A stretch of DNA of 64,000 nucleotides from an uncultured Bacteroidales bacterium (GTDB lineage: Bacteria > Bacteroidota > Bacteroidia > Bacteroidales > UBA932). Under the pieces are notes generated by a model. The model was not told where the DNA came from, did not search any database, and saw only the letters and a program-made list of their open reading frames with translations. Both the position numbers and the translations under genes were made by a program. Below, piece after piece: positions 19,827 to 29,882 of this stretch (positions within the stretch are counted from its first letter, which is position 1; each line of letters opens with the position of its first letter). The DNA lies in the NCBI GenBank assembly GCA_949286415.1, contig CASEBV010000016.1, forward strand, positions 12,967 through 76,966, given 5' to 3'.

Positions 19827-21437
19827 ATGAAAAAGGAAGGTCTTGCAGTCGCCATGTTCGGCGTCGTAATCGGCATTCTTGCCACAATGTTGGTTTATAA
19901 CCTCATAGGTGACAGAAATGTAAGGTTTGACGGGGATTACAACAAGTGGAGGAAGCTGAATCTTATTTTGGAGCAGGTTCAGGAGAATTATGTCGATACC
20001 ATTGACATGAAAAATATGACCGACGCTGCCGTCGTGGCTGCATTGGCTGAGCTTGACCCTCATTCAGTCTATCTCCCTCCGGTTGATCTGGAGGCTTCAG
20101 AAACGGCTCTTGCCGGGAATTTTGACGGAATCGGCATTCAGTTCAATGTGCCGAATGATACTGCGATTGTCCTGAGTGTCATTCAGGGAGGCCCTTCCGA
20201 GAAGGCGGGACTTATGCAGGGTGACAGGATTATCAAAGTGGATGAGCGCGTGATTGCCGGAAGCCGAACTCCGCAGGATACTATGGTAAGTCTGATGAAG
20301 GGACCCTCTGGCACGAAAGTGAAGATTACCGTCAGCAGGGACGGCAATCTCATTCCTTTTGAGATAACGCGGGGAAAGATTCCGGTGCATTGCGTGGATG
20401 CCTCTTTCATGATAGATGATACTACCGGATATATCAAGCTTTCCAAGTTTACACGTACTACCTACGCCGAATTTGCAGAAGCATCGGCCAAATTGCTGTC
20501 CCAAGGTATGACCAGGCTTATCTTTGATTTGCGCGGCAATACCGGCGGCTATTTTGATCAGGCATATCTTCTGTGCAATGAGTTTCTCCCGCAGGGGGCT
20601 CCGGTAGTCTATATGGAAGGTCAGCACCGGCCGAGGCGGGATTTCAATGCTGACGGCAACGGGAAATTGCAGGATATCTCCCTGTCTGTCCTGACGGATG
20701 AGTCCACTGCTTCGTCCAGCGAAATATTTTCCGGGGCAATGCAGGACAATGACAGGGGAGTTATAGTCGGCCGCCGGACATACGGGAAGGGACTCGTGCA
20801 GGAACCTATCAATTTTACTGACGGCTCCGGCCTCAGGCTGACGGTCTCAAGATTCTATACTCCGTCCGGACGTTGCATTCAGAAGCCGTATACCGACGGG
20901 TACGACTATGCATACGATATTTACGAGAGATATGTTCACGGGGAATTTACTGACGCTGACAGCATGAAAGTCGACAGAAGTGTGGAGTATCATACGCTCG
21001 GAGGCCGGACGGTCTATGGCGGCGGCGGGATAATTCCGGATCTGTTTGTGCCGATGGACACGACAAGGGCCACCGACTTTTTCATCAGCTGCAACCGCAA
21101 GGCTACGCAAATGCGTTTTGCCTCCTCAGTCTTTGACAAGTATAAGGCAGAACTGTCTGTCATTGACGATTTCAGCCGTCTGCAGTCATATCTCGATGCT
21201 CTCGGTCTTGAAAGAATGTTTCTGGATTATGCTGCGAAAACGGATGGCCTGAGGCCTGTGTCCGGGGAATGGGATCTTACAAAAGACTATATGCTTCCGC
21301 AGATATATGCTCTCGTCGGGCGGTATTCCAAACTTGACGATGAGGCATTTTACAGGCTGTATCTTCCTGTCGACGAGACGATAAAGGCTGCATACCATGG
21401 TCCGGTGAATGTGTGGGACCTTTCTACTGGGGAATGA
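19827..21437 (+). CDS. S41-family C-terminal processing peptidase
   Basis: PDZ segment (GIGIQF...GGPSEKAGL..GD.I..V). S41 catalytic region (DLRGNTGGY, SASSSEIFSGA.QD, GKG). Confidence 0.9.
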   Translation: MKKEGLAVAMFGVVIGILATMLVYNLIGDRNVRFDGDYNKWRKLNLILEQVQENYVDTIDMKNMTDAAVVAALAELDPHSVYLPPVDLEASETALAGNFDGIGIQFNVPNDTAIVLSVIQGGPSEKAGLMQGDRIIKVDERVIAGSRTPQDTMVSLMKGPSGTKVKITVSRDGNLIPFEITRGKIPVHCVDASFMIDDTTGYIKLSKFTRTTYAEFAEASAKLLSQGMTRLIFDLRGNTGGYFDQAYLLCNEFLPQGAPVVYMEGQHRPRRDFNADGNGKLQDISLSVLTDESTASSSEIFSGAMQDNDRGVIVGRRTYGKGLVQEPINFTDGSGLRLTVSRFYTPSGRCIQKPYTDGYDYAYDIYERYVHGEFTDADSMKVDRSVEYHTLGGRTVYGGGGIIPDLFVPMDTTRATDFFISCNRKATQMRFASSVFDKYKAELSVIDDFSRLQSYLDALGLERMFLDYAAKTDGLRPVSGEWDLTKDYMLPQIYALVGRYSKLDDEAFYRLYLPVDETIKAAYHGPVNVWDLSTGE

Positions 21438-22194
21438 ATCTGTAGACTATTTCACCTTTCTGCCGGAGCGGCGCAGTTGAGGATGAGGAAAATCTTGACA
21501 GCCTTGCTGCACGCAAGGCAAATTCCCGCAGACATCTGTCATCGGATGATACATCGTCATGGATTCTCGCATTTACGACATTGCCGGAATTGTCGACGGA
21601 AATGATTACTGTGACATCGCCTCCGCCGATGCATCTGTATGCTGGAATGCTTAGCCTGCTTGCCTTGCGCCCGTCAAGGCTGTAGGATATTACTGAGGGA
21701 CCTCTGTATCCGTTGTCTCCGGTGTCAATGTTGTCTGAGGGGTTGTTTCCGAGGTCCACGGCTTCGTTTTCCATATCCTCTTCAGCCGCAGATATCGTCC
21801 CGTTTCTGAGCTCATTTCTGAGTCTCTCTGCATCTGCATACAGTTCTTCGGCATCAGTATTCCTGTCGTCTCTCAATGTTGATGCATCGACGGCTATATT
21901 TCTTATTTCAGATTCAGCCGGGGCAGGGGCGAGGTCTGCGTCTCCGTAGATGAGTTCGTCCAGTCTTCTGCTGATTTCTTCTTTAAAAGCCGCTTCCTCG
22001 GCAAGCCGTTCCTCTTCTTCCTGTCTGCTGAAATCAAAGAGATATGATGATTCGGATGTCAGGGCAGATGTCAGACCACCAGCAAGCAGAACAATAATCA
22101 CCGCCAGATGGAAAATGACGGTGACATATAAGCCGGCTTTGTCTTCAGTGCTGAACTTTTTCCGGATTGCTTCTATGTACTCTTTGACTTTCAA
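21424..22194 (-). CDS. TonB C-terminal-domain-like membrane protein
   Basis: N-terminal TM segment (LYVTVIFHLAVIIVLLAGGL), a charged Glu/Arg-rich linker, and a C-terminal TonB_C-like segment (GGGDVTVIISVDNSGNVVNARI...GEIVYRF). The only in-frame start is a TTG overlapping the udk stop. Confidence 0.5.
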   Translation of the reverse strand: MKVKEYIEAIRKKFSTEDKAGLYVTVIFHLAVIIVLLAGGLTSALTSESSYLFDFSRQEEEERLAEEAAFKEEISRRLDELIYGDADLAPAPAESEIRNIAVDASTLRDDRNTDAEELYADAERLRNELRNGTISAAEEDMENEAVDLGNNPSDNIDTGDNGYRGPSVISYSLDGRKASRLSIPAYRCIGGGDVTVIISVDNSGNVVNARIHDDVSSDDRCLREFALRAARLSRFSSSSTAPLRQKGEIVYRFIPQ

Positions 22195-22811
22195 GCGTTC
22201 TTTTTGTGCAGAGCCTTCTCAATGGTTGCGGCTATGATTTCTATTGCGACCTTGTTGTGCCCTCCCTGCGGTATGATTATGTCCGCATAGCGCTTGCTCG
22301 GCTCGATGAACTGCAGATACATCGGCTTGACTACCTTGCTGTATCTGGACATCACGGCCTCCATATCCCTTCCTCTCTCTTCAATGTCCCGTACCATGAT
22401 GCGCATGAGTCTGTCATCGTCATCTGCGTCCACGAATATCTTGATGTCCATCTGTTCCCGGAGTTCTGCACAGGTGAAGATCAGGATTCCTTCAATGATT
22501 ATCACTTCTGCGGGAGTGACTGTGACGGTCTCTGTCTTTGACCTTGAACATGTCAGGTAGGAATATACCGGCTGTTCTATTGTCTTGCCCTCCTTCAGCT
22601 GAGCCAACTGGTCAACAAGAAGCTGAAAGTCAATGGATGACGGATGATCAAAATTGACTTTCTGCCTTTCTTCAAGCGGCAGGTGGCTGGAATCCTTATA
22701 GTAGGAGTCCTGCGGCAGCACGACAACTTTTTCATTCAGTTGTTCTGTAAGGGCTCTGACGACAGTCGTCTTTCCCGACCCTGAGCCTCCGGCTATTCCT
22801 ATGACAAGCAT
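22191..22811 (-). CDS. udk: uridine kinase
   Basis: 206 aa with a P-loop (IGIAGGSGSGKTT) and overall Udk-like sequence. Confidence 0.92.
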   Translation of the reverse strand: MLVIGIAGGSGSGKTTVVRALTEQLNEKVVVLPQDSYYKDSSHLPLEERQKVNFDHPSSIDFQLLVDQLAQLKEGKTIEQPVYSYLTCSRSKTETVTVTPAEVIIIEGILIFTCAELREQMDIKIFVDADDDDRLMRIMVRDIEERGRDMEAVMSRYSKVVKPMYLQFIEPSKRYADIIIPQGGHNKVAIEIIAATIEKALHKKNA

Positions 22812-22830
22812 TGCGTCGGATTTTAGTCAA

Positions 22831-24225
22831 TCAATATTCAGCATTTTTCGGTGTCCTCGGGAACGGAATGACATCGCGGATGTTAGCCATACCCGTCACG
22901 AAGAGCAGAAGCCTTTCAAACCCGAGACCGAATCCGCTGTGTGGGGCAGAACCGAATCTTCTTGTGTCCAGATACCATTCGAGGGTATCACGTTTCATCC
23001 CGAGTTCGTTTATGCGGGCCTCGAGTTTCTCAAGTGAAGATTCTCTTTCTGACCCTCCTATGATTTCTCCGATTTTCGGGAAAAGGACATCCATTCCCCT
23101 GACTGTCTTGCCGTCGTCATTCTGCTTCATGTAGAAGGCCTTGATTTCTTTCGGATAGTCAGTCATTATTACAGGCTTGCCGAAATGTTTCTCTACAAGG
23201 TATCTCTCATGTTCGCTCTGAAGATCCACGCCCCAGCTTACCGGGAATTCAAATTTCTCTCCCGATTCCTCAAGGATTCGGATCCCTTCGGTATAAGTAA
23301 GTCTTACAAATTCTGTGTTGACAACACTTTCAAGTCTGGAGATGAGTTCCTTGTCAAACATGTCGTTGAGGAACTTGAGGTCTTCCCCGCAGTTTTCAAG
23401 GGCATATCTTACGAGATATTTTATGAAATCTTCGGCAAGTTCCATATTGTCCTCAATCTCATAGAATGCCATTTCCGGCTCAATCATCCAGAATTCGGCA
23501 AGATGTCTCGGCGTATTCGAATTTTCTGCCCTGAATGTAGGCCCGAAAGTATATATTTCTCCGAGCGCCATTGCCCCGAGCTCTCCTTCAAGCTGTCCGC
23601 TCACCGTGAGGCTTGTCTGCTTCCCGAAGAAATCCTGGCTGTAGTCAATATTGCCTTCCGGTGTGTGCGGAACATTGTTGAGGTCAAGAGTGGTAACCTG
23701 GAACATCTCACCCGCTCCTTCACAGTCAGACCCTGTGATGAGAGGTGTGTGCAGATATACGAATCCTTTGTCATTGAAATATTTGTGTATGGCAAACGCC
23801 ATTGCGTGACGGATTCTGAGCACTGCGCCGAATGTATTGGTCCTCGGCCTGAGATGTGCGATTGTTCTGAGAAATTCAAGTGTGTGGCCCTTTTTCTGGA
23901 GAGGATATGACGCAGGGTCTGCTTCTCCATAAACTGATATCTCCTTGGCCTGTATCTCCACTTTTTGTCCGCTTCCCAATGACTCGGTGAGGATTCCGGA
24001 GACACATATGCATGCCCCGGTAGTTATTTTTTTCAGCACATTCTCGTCAAATGATGCCGTGTCCACTACTATCTGTATGCTGTTTATTGTCGAACCGTCG
24101 TTGAGGGCGATGAAGGATACATTCTTGTTCCCTCTCTTTGTCCTTACCCAGCCTTTCGCAAGCACTTCCTGTCCGGGAGCGCTCTTAAGCAGGTCCTTTA
24201 CTTTCATTCTTTTGACTTTTTCCAT
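22831..24225 (-). CDS. asnS: asparagine-tRNA ligase
   Basis: 464 aa. Class II aaRS motifs, an OB-fold N-terminus, and the AsnRS-type C-terminus [27 protein letters not shown]. Confidence 0.93.
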   Translation of the reverse strand: MEKVKRMKVKDLLKSAPGQEVLAKGWVRTKRGNKNVSFIALNDGSTINSIQIVVDTASFDENVLKKITTGACICVSGILTESLGSGQKVEIQAKEISVYGEADPASYPLQKKGHTLEFLRTIAHLRPRTNTFGAVLRIRHAMAFAIHKYFNDKGFVYLHTPLITGSDCEGAGEMFQVTTLDLNNVPHTPEGNIDYSQDFFGKQTSLTVSGQLEGELGAMALGEIYTFGPTFRAENSNTPRHLAEFWMIEPEMAFYEIEDNMELAEDFIKYLVRYALENCGEDLKFLNDMFDKELISRLESVVNTEFVRLTYTEGIRILEESGEKFEFPVSWGVDLQSEHERYLVEKHFGKPVIMTDYPKEIKAFYMKQNDDGKTVRGMDVLFPKIGEIIGGSERESSLEKLEARINELGMKRDTLEWYLDTRRFGSAPHSGFGLGFERLLLFVTGMANIRDVIPFPRTPKNAEY

Positions 24226-24249
24226 TCCCGTTTTCTTTTGGTCAGTGTA

Positions 24250-25485
24250 TTATTCGTGTATAGTTGAGACTTTGCCGAGAATCCGTCCCATGATTTCCGT
24301 ATTGTCCATTCTTCCGGCAAATCTTTCTGCTCCGCAGCCGATTGCATATATCGGAACCGGAGCTCCGGTATGGTTTGAACTTGTCCATCCGATACCGTAT
24401 CCGTTAAGTTTCCTGTTTTCCTCCTGTGATGACGGTTCTCCTCCTTCTTCCCAGGCTTCATCCAGAACTTTCCAGTCGATTGACAGAGACCCGTTGCAGC
24501 CGAGTGTTATTCCTCCGGTCTCATGGTCAGCTGTCACGAGGATCAGTGTCTCTTCCTTATGTGCGAGATAGAATTCGTATGCTGTCTGTACTGCTTCGTT
24601 GAATCTCAGGACCGCGTCCACCATAGGCATCGTCATGTTGGCATGTGCCGCCCAGTCTATTTCCCCTCCTTCGCACATTATGAAGAAAGGCTCTTTGTCG
24701 GTGATGAAGTCAAGTCCCATCTGAAGCATTTGCGCAAGTCTGGAGTCATTCTCTTTGTCATCGTCCACCTCATAGTTCCCGGCTTCAGCATCTTTCCCGC
24801 TCGGCTGGATGAAAACTATATGGTCAGTCAAGTCCATTTCAGCCCTGAAGGCAGTTTCTCCGAAACAGACCGTATATCCGTTTTCTTCCAGTACTTCCGG
24901 AGTCGGCCTGCTTTTCCCGTTCTTCCCATTGAACTGGAGAAAGCCAGAGCCTCCGAAGAAGTCAAAGCCGCTTTCCGGGATTTCCATGCTGATGCTGTAA
25001 TAGTCTTCCCTGTCTGTGTTGTGTCCATAGAATGCGGCAGGTGTCGCATGATTGACCGGCACAGATGACATTATGCCGATTTTGTATCCATTGTCTTTGA
25101 GTTCGTATGCTATGCTCTTGAGTTCGTTGCCCTGCGGATCTACTCCAAGATAGCCGTTGTTTGTCTTTGCCCCGCATGAGATTGCTGTGCCGGCTGCCGA
25201 CGAGCATGTTATCTGGTGGTCTGCAGAATAGGTAGTACATGTCCCGAGTACCGGAAATTCGCTGAAACAGAGCTGTTCTCCGCCCAATTTCCCTTCTTTG
25301 TATGAAAGATATGACTCTGCCACAGCAGCGTGGCCTGCCCCCATGCCGTCTCCTATGAACAGGAATATGTATTTCGGAGTGTCTGATGTTTCTCCGTTGC
25401 CTGAAATTGACCCGCAGCAGGAAGTCATTGCAATCATGCAGATTGCTGATGCTGCAAGAAATGTTTTGAATGATGCTTTTCTCAT
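24250..25485 (-). CDS. alkaline phosphatase (PhoA family), lipoprotein
   Basis: Lipobox (MTSCC). Motifs FIGDGMG and the HTG/metal-ligand motifs (DHETGG, SNHTG). Confidence 0.85.
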   Translation of the reverse strand: MRKASFKTFLAASAICMIAMTSCCGSISGNGETSDTPKYIFLFIGDGMGAGHAAVAESYLSYKEGKLGGEQLCFSEFPVLGTCTTYSADHQITCSSAAGTAISCGAKTNNGYLGVDPQGNELKSIAYELKDNGYKIGIMSSVPVNHATPAAFYGHNTDREDYYSISMEIPESGFDFFGGSGFLQFNGKNGKSRPTPEVLEENGYTVCFGETAFRAEMDLTDHIVFIQPSGKDAEAGNYEVDDDKENDSRLAQMLQMGLDFITDKEPFFIMCEGGEIDWAAHANMTMPMVDAVLRFNEAVQTAYEFYLAHKEETLILVTADHETGGITLGCNGSLSIDWKVLDEAWEEGGEPSSQEENRKLNGYGIGWTSSNHTGAPVPIYAIGCGAERFAGRMDNTEIMGRILGKVSTIHE

Positions 25486-25514
25486 CTTACCAATGAATTT
25501 TCCGGCACAAATTT

Positions 25515-25548
25515 AAAAAAAAGCAGTCGGTTTCCCAACTGCTTTTTT
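25515..25548 (-). terminator. bidirectional-looking rho-independent terminator at the end of the exb operon
   Basis: Stem AGCAGT/ACTGCT flanked by an A-run and a T-run. On the minus strand the hairpin is followed by TTTTTTTT. Confidence 0.7.
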
Positions 25549-25570
25549 ATTGTTTCTGATGCCTGAGGGC

Positions 25571-26041
25571 TTAGTCCTGTGACGGCTTCCTTGCTGCATA
25601 CATGATTTTCAGGGCTGAACATCTTCTCAGTTCCTGTTTGATGTCCGTGATGATACCCATTCTCACGTTTTCGTCAGCTTTGATTGAAACTGTCATGAAC
25701 TGCCTGTCTGCCTCGCTCTTGGATTCCCTTTCAGTTGCAATGAAATCCCTGATGTCATCCACTGTCCTGAATGAATCGTTGAGCTGGATACGGGCATCGT
25801 TACCATATTGAGCCTGCAGATTTCTTGTCGGCGGACCTACATTGATGTAAGCCGCGAGGTCTTTTCTTTCAAGTTTGGCAGACTGCGATGCTTCCGGGAG
25901 ACGTACCATGACTTTGTTCTCGGTTTCACGCAGCTGTGTCGTAACCATGAAGAAAAACAGCAGCATGAAGACGATATCGGACATTGATGCCGTAGTCAGT
26001 CCTGGCACTTCTCTTTTTCCGCTTCTTCCGAATTTTGCCAT
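25571..26041 (-). CDS. exbD: biopolymer transport protein ExbD/TolR
   Basis: 156 aa. N-terminal TM segment (SDIVFMLLFFFMV) with the ExbD fold pattern. Confidence 0.85.
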   Translation of the reverse strand: MAKFGRSGKREVPGLTTASMSDIVFMLLFFFMVTTQLRETENKVMVRLPEASQSAKLERKDLAAYINVGPPTRNLQAQYGNDARIQLNDSFRTVDDIRDFIATERESKSEADRQFMTVSIKADENVRMGIITDIKQELRRCSALKIMYAARKPSQD

Positions 26042-26053
26042 TTTTTACCTCCT

Positions 26054-26629
26054 TTAGTTTTTGCTTACATCCTTAGGCTCGGCCTCAGAAATGTTCTGCG
26101 GTATAGCCTCTCTTACAATTTTCTGCTTATCCTCGTCAAGGCTGAGGTACGGCTTTCCGTAGTGAGCTCTTGAGAAATCGTCACGGAGTTCGTCAATGGC
26201 CTTCACAATCTCGTTCTGAACCGCAATGTACATCTGGTAGCTTGTACCACGGTCATTCTGGAGAGAGATGACACCCTTTGACACTTCATATTCACCGAAC
26301 CCTTCAATGTTCTTCATTTCCTTTTCAGGAAGCTTCGGGTCATTGTTGGCGTTGACAAGGTATTCCTTTACTTTGTATTTCAATAGGCTAACATCAATAG
26401 GCTCATTCCCAGCCATAAGTCTGTCTGCAGAATTGACCTTTACCACAAGGATGTTCCTTCGGTTGATCTTCTGGTTCTGGACTTCCTGGTTCTCATCTGG
26501 CATAGGCGGCAGACGACGCTGCAACCCCGAATTCTGCTCCATGTTTGATGTCATGAGAAAGAATGACAGCAGCAGGAACGCGATATCGGCCGTTGAACTC
26601 GAATTTATTTCTGGTAATTTCTTTGCCAT
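26054..26629 (-). CDS. exbD: biopolymer transport protein ExbD/TolR (second paralog)
   Basis: 191 aa. STADIAFLLLSFFLMTS TM segment with an ExbD-like periplasmic domain. Confidence 0.8.
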   Translation of the reverse strand: MAKKLPEINSSSTADIAFLLLSFFLMTSNMEQNSGLQRRLPPMPDENQEVQNQKINRRNILVVKVNSADRLMAGNEPIDVSLLKYKVKEYLVNANNDPKLPEKEMKNIEGFGEYEVSKGVISLQNDRGTSYQMYIAVQNEIVKAIDELRDDFSRAHYGKPYLSLDEDKQKIVREAIPQNISEAEPKDVSKN

Positions 26630-26641
26630 ATTGATATTGTG

Positions 26642-27070
26642 TTATTTTCTGCCACGGATTGCTGTAAAACAAGCTCCGAAGATGATGGCGAGGATTGCTC
26701 CGCCACATGCTATGTAAGCAAGATTCAGTATCGTGTCAGTCATTTTAAGTGTGCCTGCATCCGGCTGTGTGCCTATATAACCGACAAGCTCGTCACCGCT
26801 TGCAAGTGCGTAGGCAACACCTACCACTACTGCACAGCCTACAAGTGCAAGAAGCATCTTGACAAGGCTCTTGGGATTGTTGATGACGGCGATGACCAAT
26901 CCCATGAGAACTGCAATTGCAATTCCTGCGATTACCATCACATATCCCCATCTGAGCAGGGCATCTACTGAAGCGTCATTGAAGTCCGCTACAAATCCCC
27001 ACACTCCGACGGCAACGCCGATTACCATCAATACCCAAAGTACTATTTTTACTATTTTAGAGTATCCCAT
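26642..27070 (-). CDS. small integral membrane protein (four predicted TM helices) embedded in the exb operon
   Basis: 142 aa, almost entirely hydrophobic helices. Lies between exbB and exbD with gaps of 9-12 nt. Confidence 0.6.
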   Translation of the reverse strand: MGYSKIVKIVLWVLMVIGVAVGVWGFVADFNDASVDALLRWGYVMVIAGIAIAVLMGLVIAVINNPKSLVKMLLALVGCAVVVGVAYALASGDELVGYIGTQPDAGTLKMTDTILNLAYIACGGAILAIIFGACFTAIRGRK

Positions 27071-27079
27071 TTTATATGA

Positions 27080-27883
27080 CTATTTTTTCGCCTGATATTT
27101 TGTCAGCATATCTACAAGTGAGATTGAAGTGTCCTCCATTTCGATGGAGATGGCGTCAATCCTTGAAATGATGTAGTTGTAGAAAATCTGAAGGATGATG
27201 GCCACGATAAGACCGCCGACTGTGGTGATCAAGGCAACCTTCATACCTCCTGCGACAACGTTAGGGGAAATATCACCGGCAACCTGGATTGCATCGAATG
27301 CCTGAACCATTCCGACAACCGTTCCGAGGAATCCGAGTGAAGGACCTACTGAAATGAAGAGGCCGATCCAAGAAAGTCCGTTCTCCATGAGGCTCATCTG
27401 AACTGATCCGTATGATACGATAGTCTTTTCAACAACCTCGATGCCCTGGTCAGCACGGAGAAGACCCTGATAGAAAATGCTTGCGATAGGACCGCGGGTG
27501 TTGCGGCAAACTTCCTTTGCTGCTTCTACGCCACCGTTCTTGAGGGCTTCCTCAATCTTCTCAAGGAGTTTCTTTGTGTTGGTCTTTGAAAGGCTGAGGT
27601 AGATGATTCTCTCAATGCAGACAGCGAGACCGAGAATAAGACACAGAACAATCAGGGACATGAAGCCTGGACCTCCGTCGATGAACTGGGTCTTGAGCTG
27701 CTGGTGGAGAGGAACATCCTGTGATGTTGCTGCAACGAGGTCAGCCAGAGAACCGGCTTCGGCAGGAGCAGCTGCCTCAGCAGCAGTTGTGTCTTCGGCA
27801 GCAGTCTGATCCTGCGCTGCTGCGTATTGTGCAGTAAAGGCCATTACGCCGATGACTGCCAAAAACATGAAAATTTTTTTCAT
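27080..27883 (-). CDS. exbB: MotA/TolQ/ExbB proton-channel protein
   Basis: 267 aa. Signal/Ala-rich N-terminus followed by the conserved GLFISVGPSLGFLGTVVGMVQAF region. Confidence 0.9.
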   Translation of the reverse strand: MKKIFMFLAVIGVMAFTAQYAAAQDQTAAEDTTAAEAAAPAEAGSLADLVAATSQDVPLHQQLKTQFIDGGPGFMSLIVLCLILGLAVCIERIIYLSLSKTNTKKLLEKIEEALKNGGVEAAKEVCRNTRGPIASIFYQGLLRADQGIEVVEKTIVSYGSVQMSLMENGLSWIGLFISVGPSLGFLGTVVGMVQAFDAIQVAGDISPNVVAGGMKVALITTVGGLIVAIILQIFYNYIISRIDAISIEMEDTSISLVDMLTKYQAKK

Positions 27884-28006
27884 AATTGTTTTTGTGTGTT
27901 TAATTAATAATGTATTAAATCGTTATAATCATCAAAGAACTGAATTCCAATACGGATTAATTCTAAAACCGGTGCAATTTAGCAATTAATTTTCATTTGA
28001 CAATAA

Positions 28007-29071
28007 TTATTTTGATATTTCTCCCCTAAGGTTTTCTTCAAGCAATTCTCGCACTTCCCGATTTTCCTTATATTTCCCCATGAGATGGAAGAGTTTTGCA
28101 AGTGCGCTTTCTGTCGTGCAGTCATATCCGCACACAACTCCGGCTTCTTTCAGGATTTTGCCGTTGGCATAAATGTCCATGTTCACGGAGCCGGCAAGGC
28201 ATTGGGTCACATTGAGCAGGATCTTGTCCATCGCCGCCGCTTCTTTTATCAGGCTGATGAACCACGGCCGGGAAGGCGCGTTGCCCGACCCGAATGTCTC
28301 TATTATTACGGCTCTTGTTTCCTTGCCGCACAAAATGTCTCTGACCACCTGCGGCGTGATTCCCGGGTGCAGTTTCAGAATCGAGACTCTGGTATCCAGG
28401 GAGGTATGGAATACCGGCTGTCTGTTCCAGTCGTCCGGTCTTCTGATGAGTCCGTCGTTGTATCTGATATAGATTCCCGCTTCTGCAAGAGGCGGCAGAT
28501 TCTCGGAGCGGAATGCCCTGAAATTGTCTGCGTTGATCTTTGAAGTCCTGTTCCCCCTCATCAGCATGTTGTCGAAGCATACGCACACTTCAGGTACCCT
28601 GGCGTGTCCCGACGGGTCTTTTGCGGCAGCTATCTCTACGGATGAAATCAGATTCTCCTTGCCGTCTGTCCTCGGGACTCCGATCGGAAGCTGGCTGCCT
28701 GTGAAGATTACCGGCTTGGTCAGGCCTTCAATCATGAAACTCAGTGCGGATGCGGAATACGACATTGTGTCTGTGCCGTGAAGAATGATGAATCCGTCAT
28801 AACTGTCATAGTTTTCCCTGATCATTGACGCCAGTTCCTGCCAGCAGGCCGGCTCGATGTCCGACGAATCTATTATTGGGTCAAATGAGACCGAGTCTAT
28901 GCGGTAGGCGAATTTGTGAAGCTCCGGCACTTCTTCCAGAATCTGTTCGAAATTGAATGGCTTCAGAGTCAGGTCGGAAGGATCCTGCTTCATGCCGATG
29001 GTCCCTCCGGTATATATCATCAGCAGGGATGCCTTCCTGTCTGACGGGTAATGTCTGCTGTCGATGATCAT
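28007..29071 (-). CDS. ansA: L-asparaginase, type I
   Basis: 354 aa with the motifs IYTGGTIGM and HGTDTM. Confidence 0.9.
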   Translation of the reverse strand: MIIDSRHYPSDRKASLLMIYTGGTIGMKQDPSDLTLKPFNFEQILEEVPELHKFAYRIDSVSFDPIIDSSDIEPACWQELASMIRENYDSYDGFIILHGTDTMSYSASALSFMIEGLTKPVIFTGSQLPIGVPRTDGKENLISSVEIAAAKDPSGHARVPEVCVCFDNMLMRGNRTSKINADNFRAFRSENLPPLAEAGIYIRYNDGLIRRPDDWNRQPVFHTSLDTRVSILKLHPGITPQVVRDILCGKETRAVIIETFGSGNAPSRPWFISLIKEAAAMDKILLNVTQCLAGSVNMDIYANGKILKEAGVVCGYDCTTESALAKLFHLMGKYKENREVRELLEENLRGEISK

Positions 29072-29089
29072 TGATTGGATTTTGTTTAT

Positions 29090-29875
29090 TTAGGCTGATT
29101 CGAATCCGAACAGGGTGACGGCATTGGCTGTGGTAACTGCCGCAACTTCTTCCGTGTCCATTCCTTTTTGGGCAGCGACTTTTGCTGCGATGTACGGTAT
29201 GTAGCTGCTTTCATTCCGAGAGCCTCTCTTCGGCACAGGCGTCAGGTATGGAGAGTCTGTCTCAAGCAGAATCCTGTCTGACGGGATTGATTTGACTGTT
29301 TCGGCTATTGAGGCATTCTTGTATGTCACTGTTCCCCCGATGCCTGCATACCAGCATCCGTATTTCTGCAGTCTGCGGAATGTCTCGATGCTGCCTCCGA
29401 AGGCGTGGAATACGCCCCGCAGGTCAAGATGCCGGCATTGCTCAAGGACTTCAAAGATGAGTTCTGTGGATTCCCTTGAGTGGATGATGACCGGAAGATT
29501 CTTTCTGTGGGCAAGCTCCAGCTGCATCTTGAAGACCTCTTTCTGCTCGGGAATATAATCCCTTGACCAGTGGCAGTCCATCCCGATTTCTCCGACTGCA
29601 TAAATCTGCCTGTCTGCCCATTCCTCCAGTTTCTCATATTCTTTCCTCCAGTGTGCATCTACGGATGTCGGGTGCAGGCCCAGGCATGGGAATACTGTGC
29701 CGGGATGCCTTTCTGAAACTTCAAACATCAGGCTTCTTGTCTTGCTGTCGATGTCAGGGAAAACGAGTCTTGTCACTCCTGCTTCCGTAGCCCGCATTAT
29801 TGCGGCATCGGTTTCGCCTTCTCCGGCAAAGGCCTCCTCGTAAAGGTGCGTATGTGTGTCTGTATATTGATTCAT
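29090..29875 (-). CDS. TatD-family metal-dependent hydrolase
   Basis: 261 aa. DTHTHL start, EIGMD, H.R., and the C-terminal LLETDSPYL motif. Confidence 0.9.
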   Translation of the reverse strand: MNQYTDTHTHLYEEAFAGEGETDAAIMRATEAGVTRLVFPDIDSKTRSLMFEVSERHPGTVFPCLGLHPTSVDAHWRKEYEKLEEWADRQIYAVGEIGMDCHWSRDYIPEQKEVFKMQLELAHRKNLPVIIHSRESTELIFEVLEQCRHLDLRGVFHAFGGSIETFRRLQKYGCWYAGIGGTVTYKNASIAETVKSIPSDRILLETDSPYLTPVPKRGSRNESSYIPYIAAKVAAQKGMDTEEVAAVTTANAVTLFGFESA

Positions 29876-29882
29876 GATGTCT

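Noticed and set aside
23185-23910. 241-aa plus-strand ORF
   Set aside because: It lies entirely antisense within asnS, which has unambiguous class II aaRS motifs. It has no recognisable domain.
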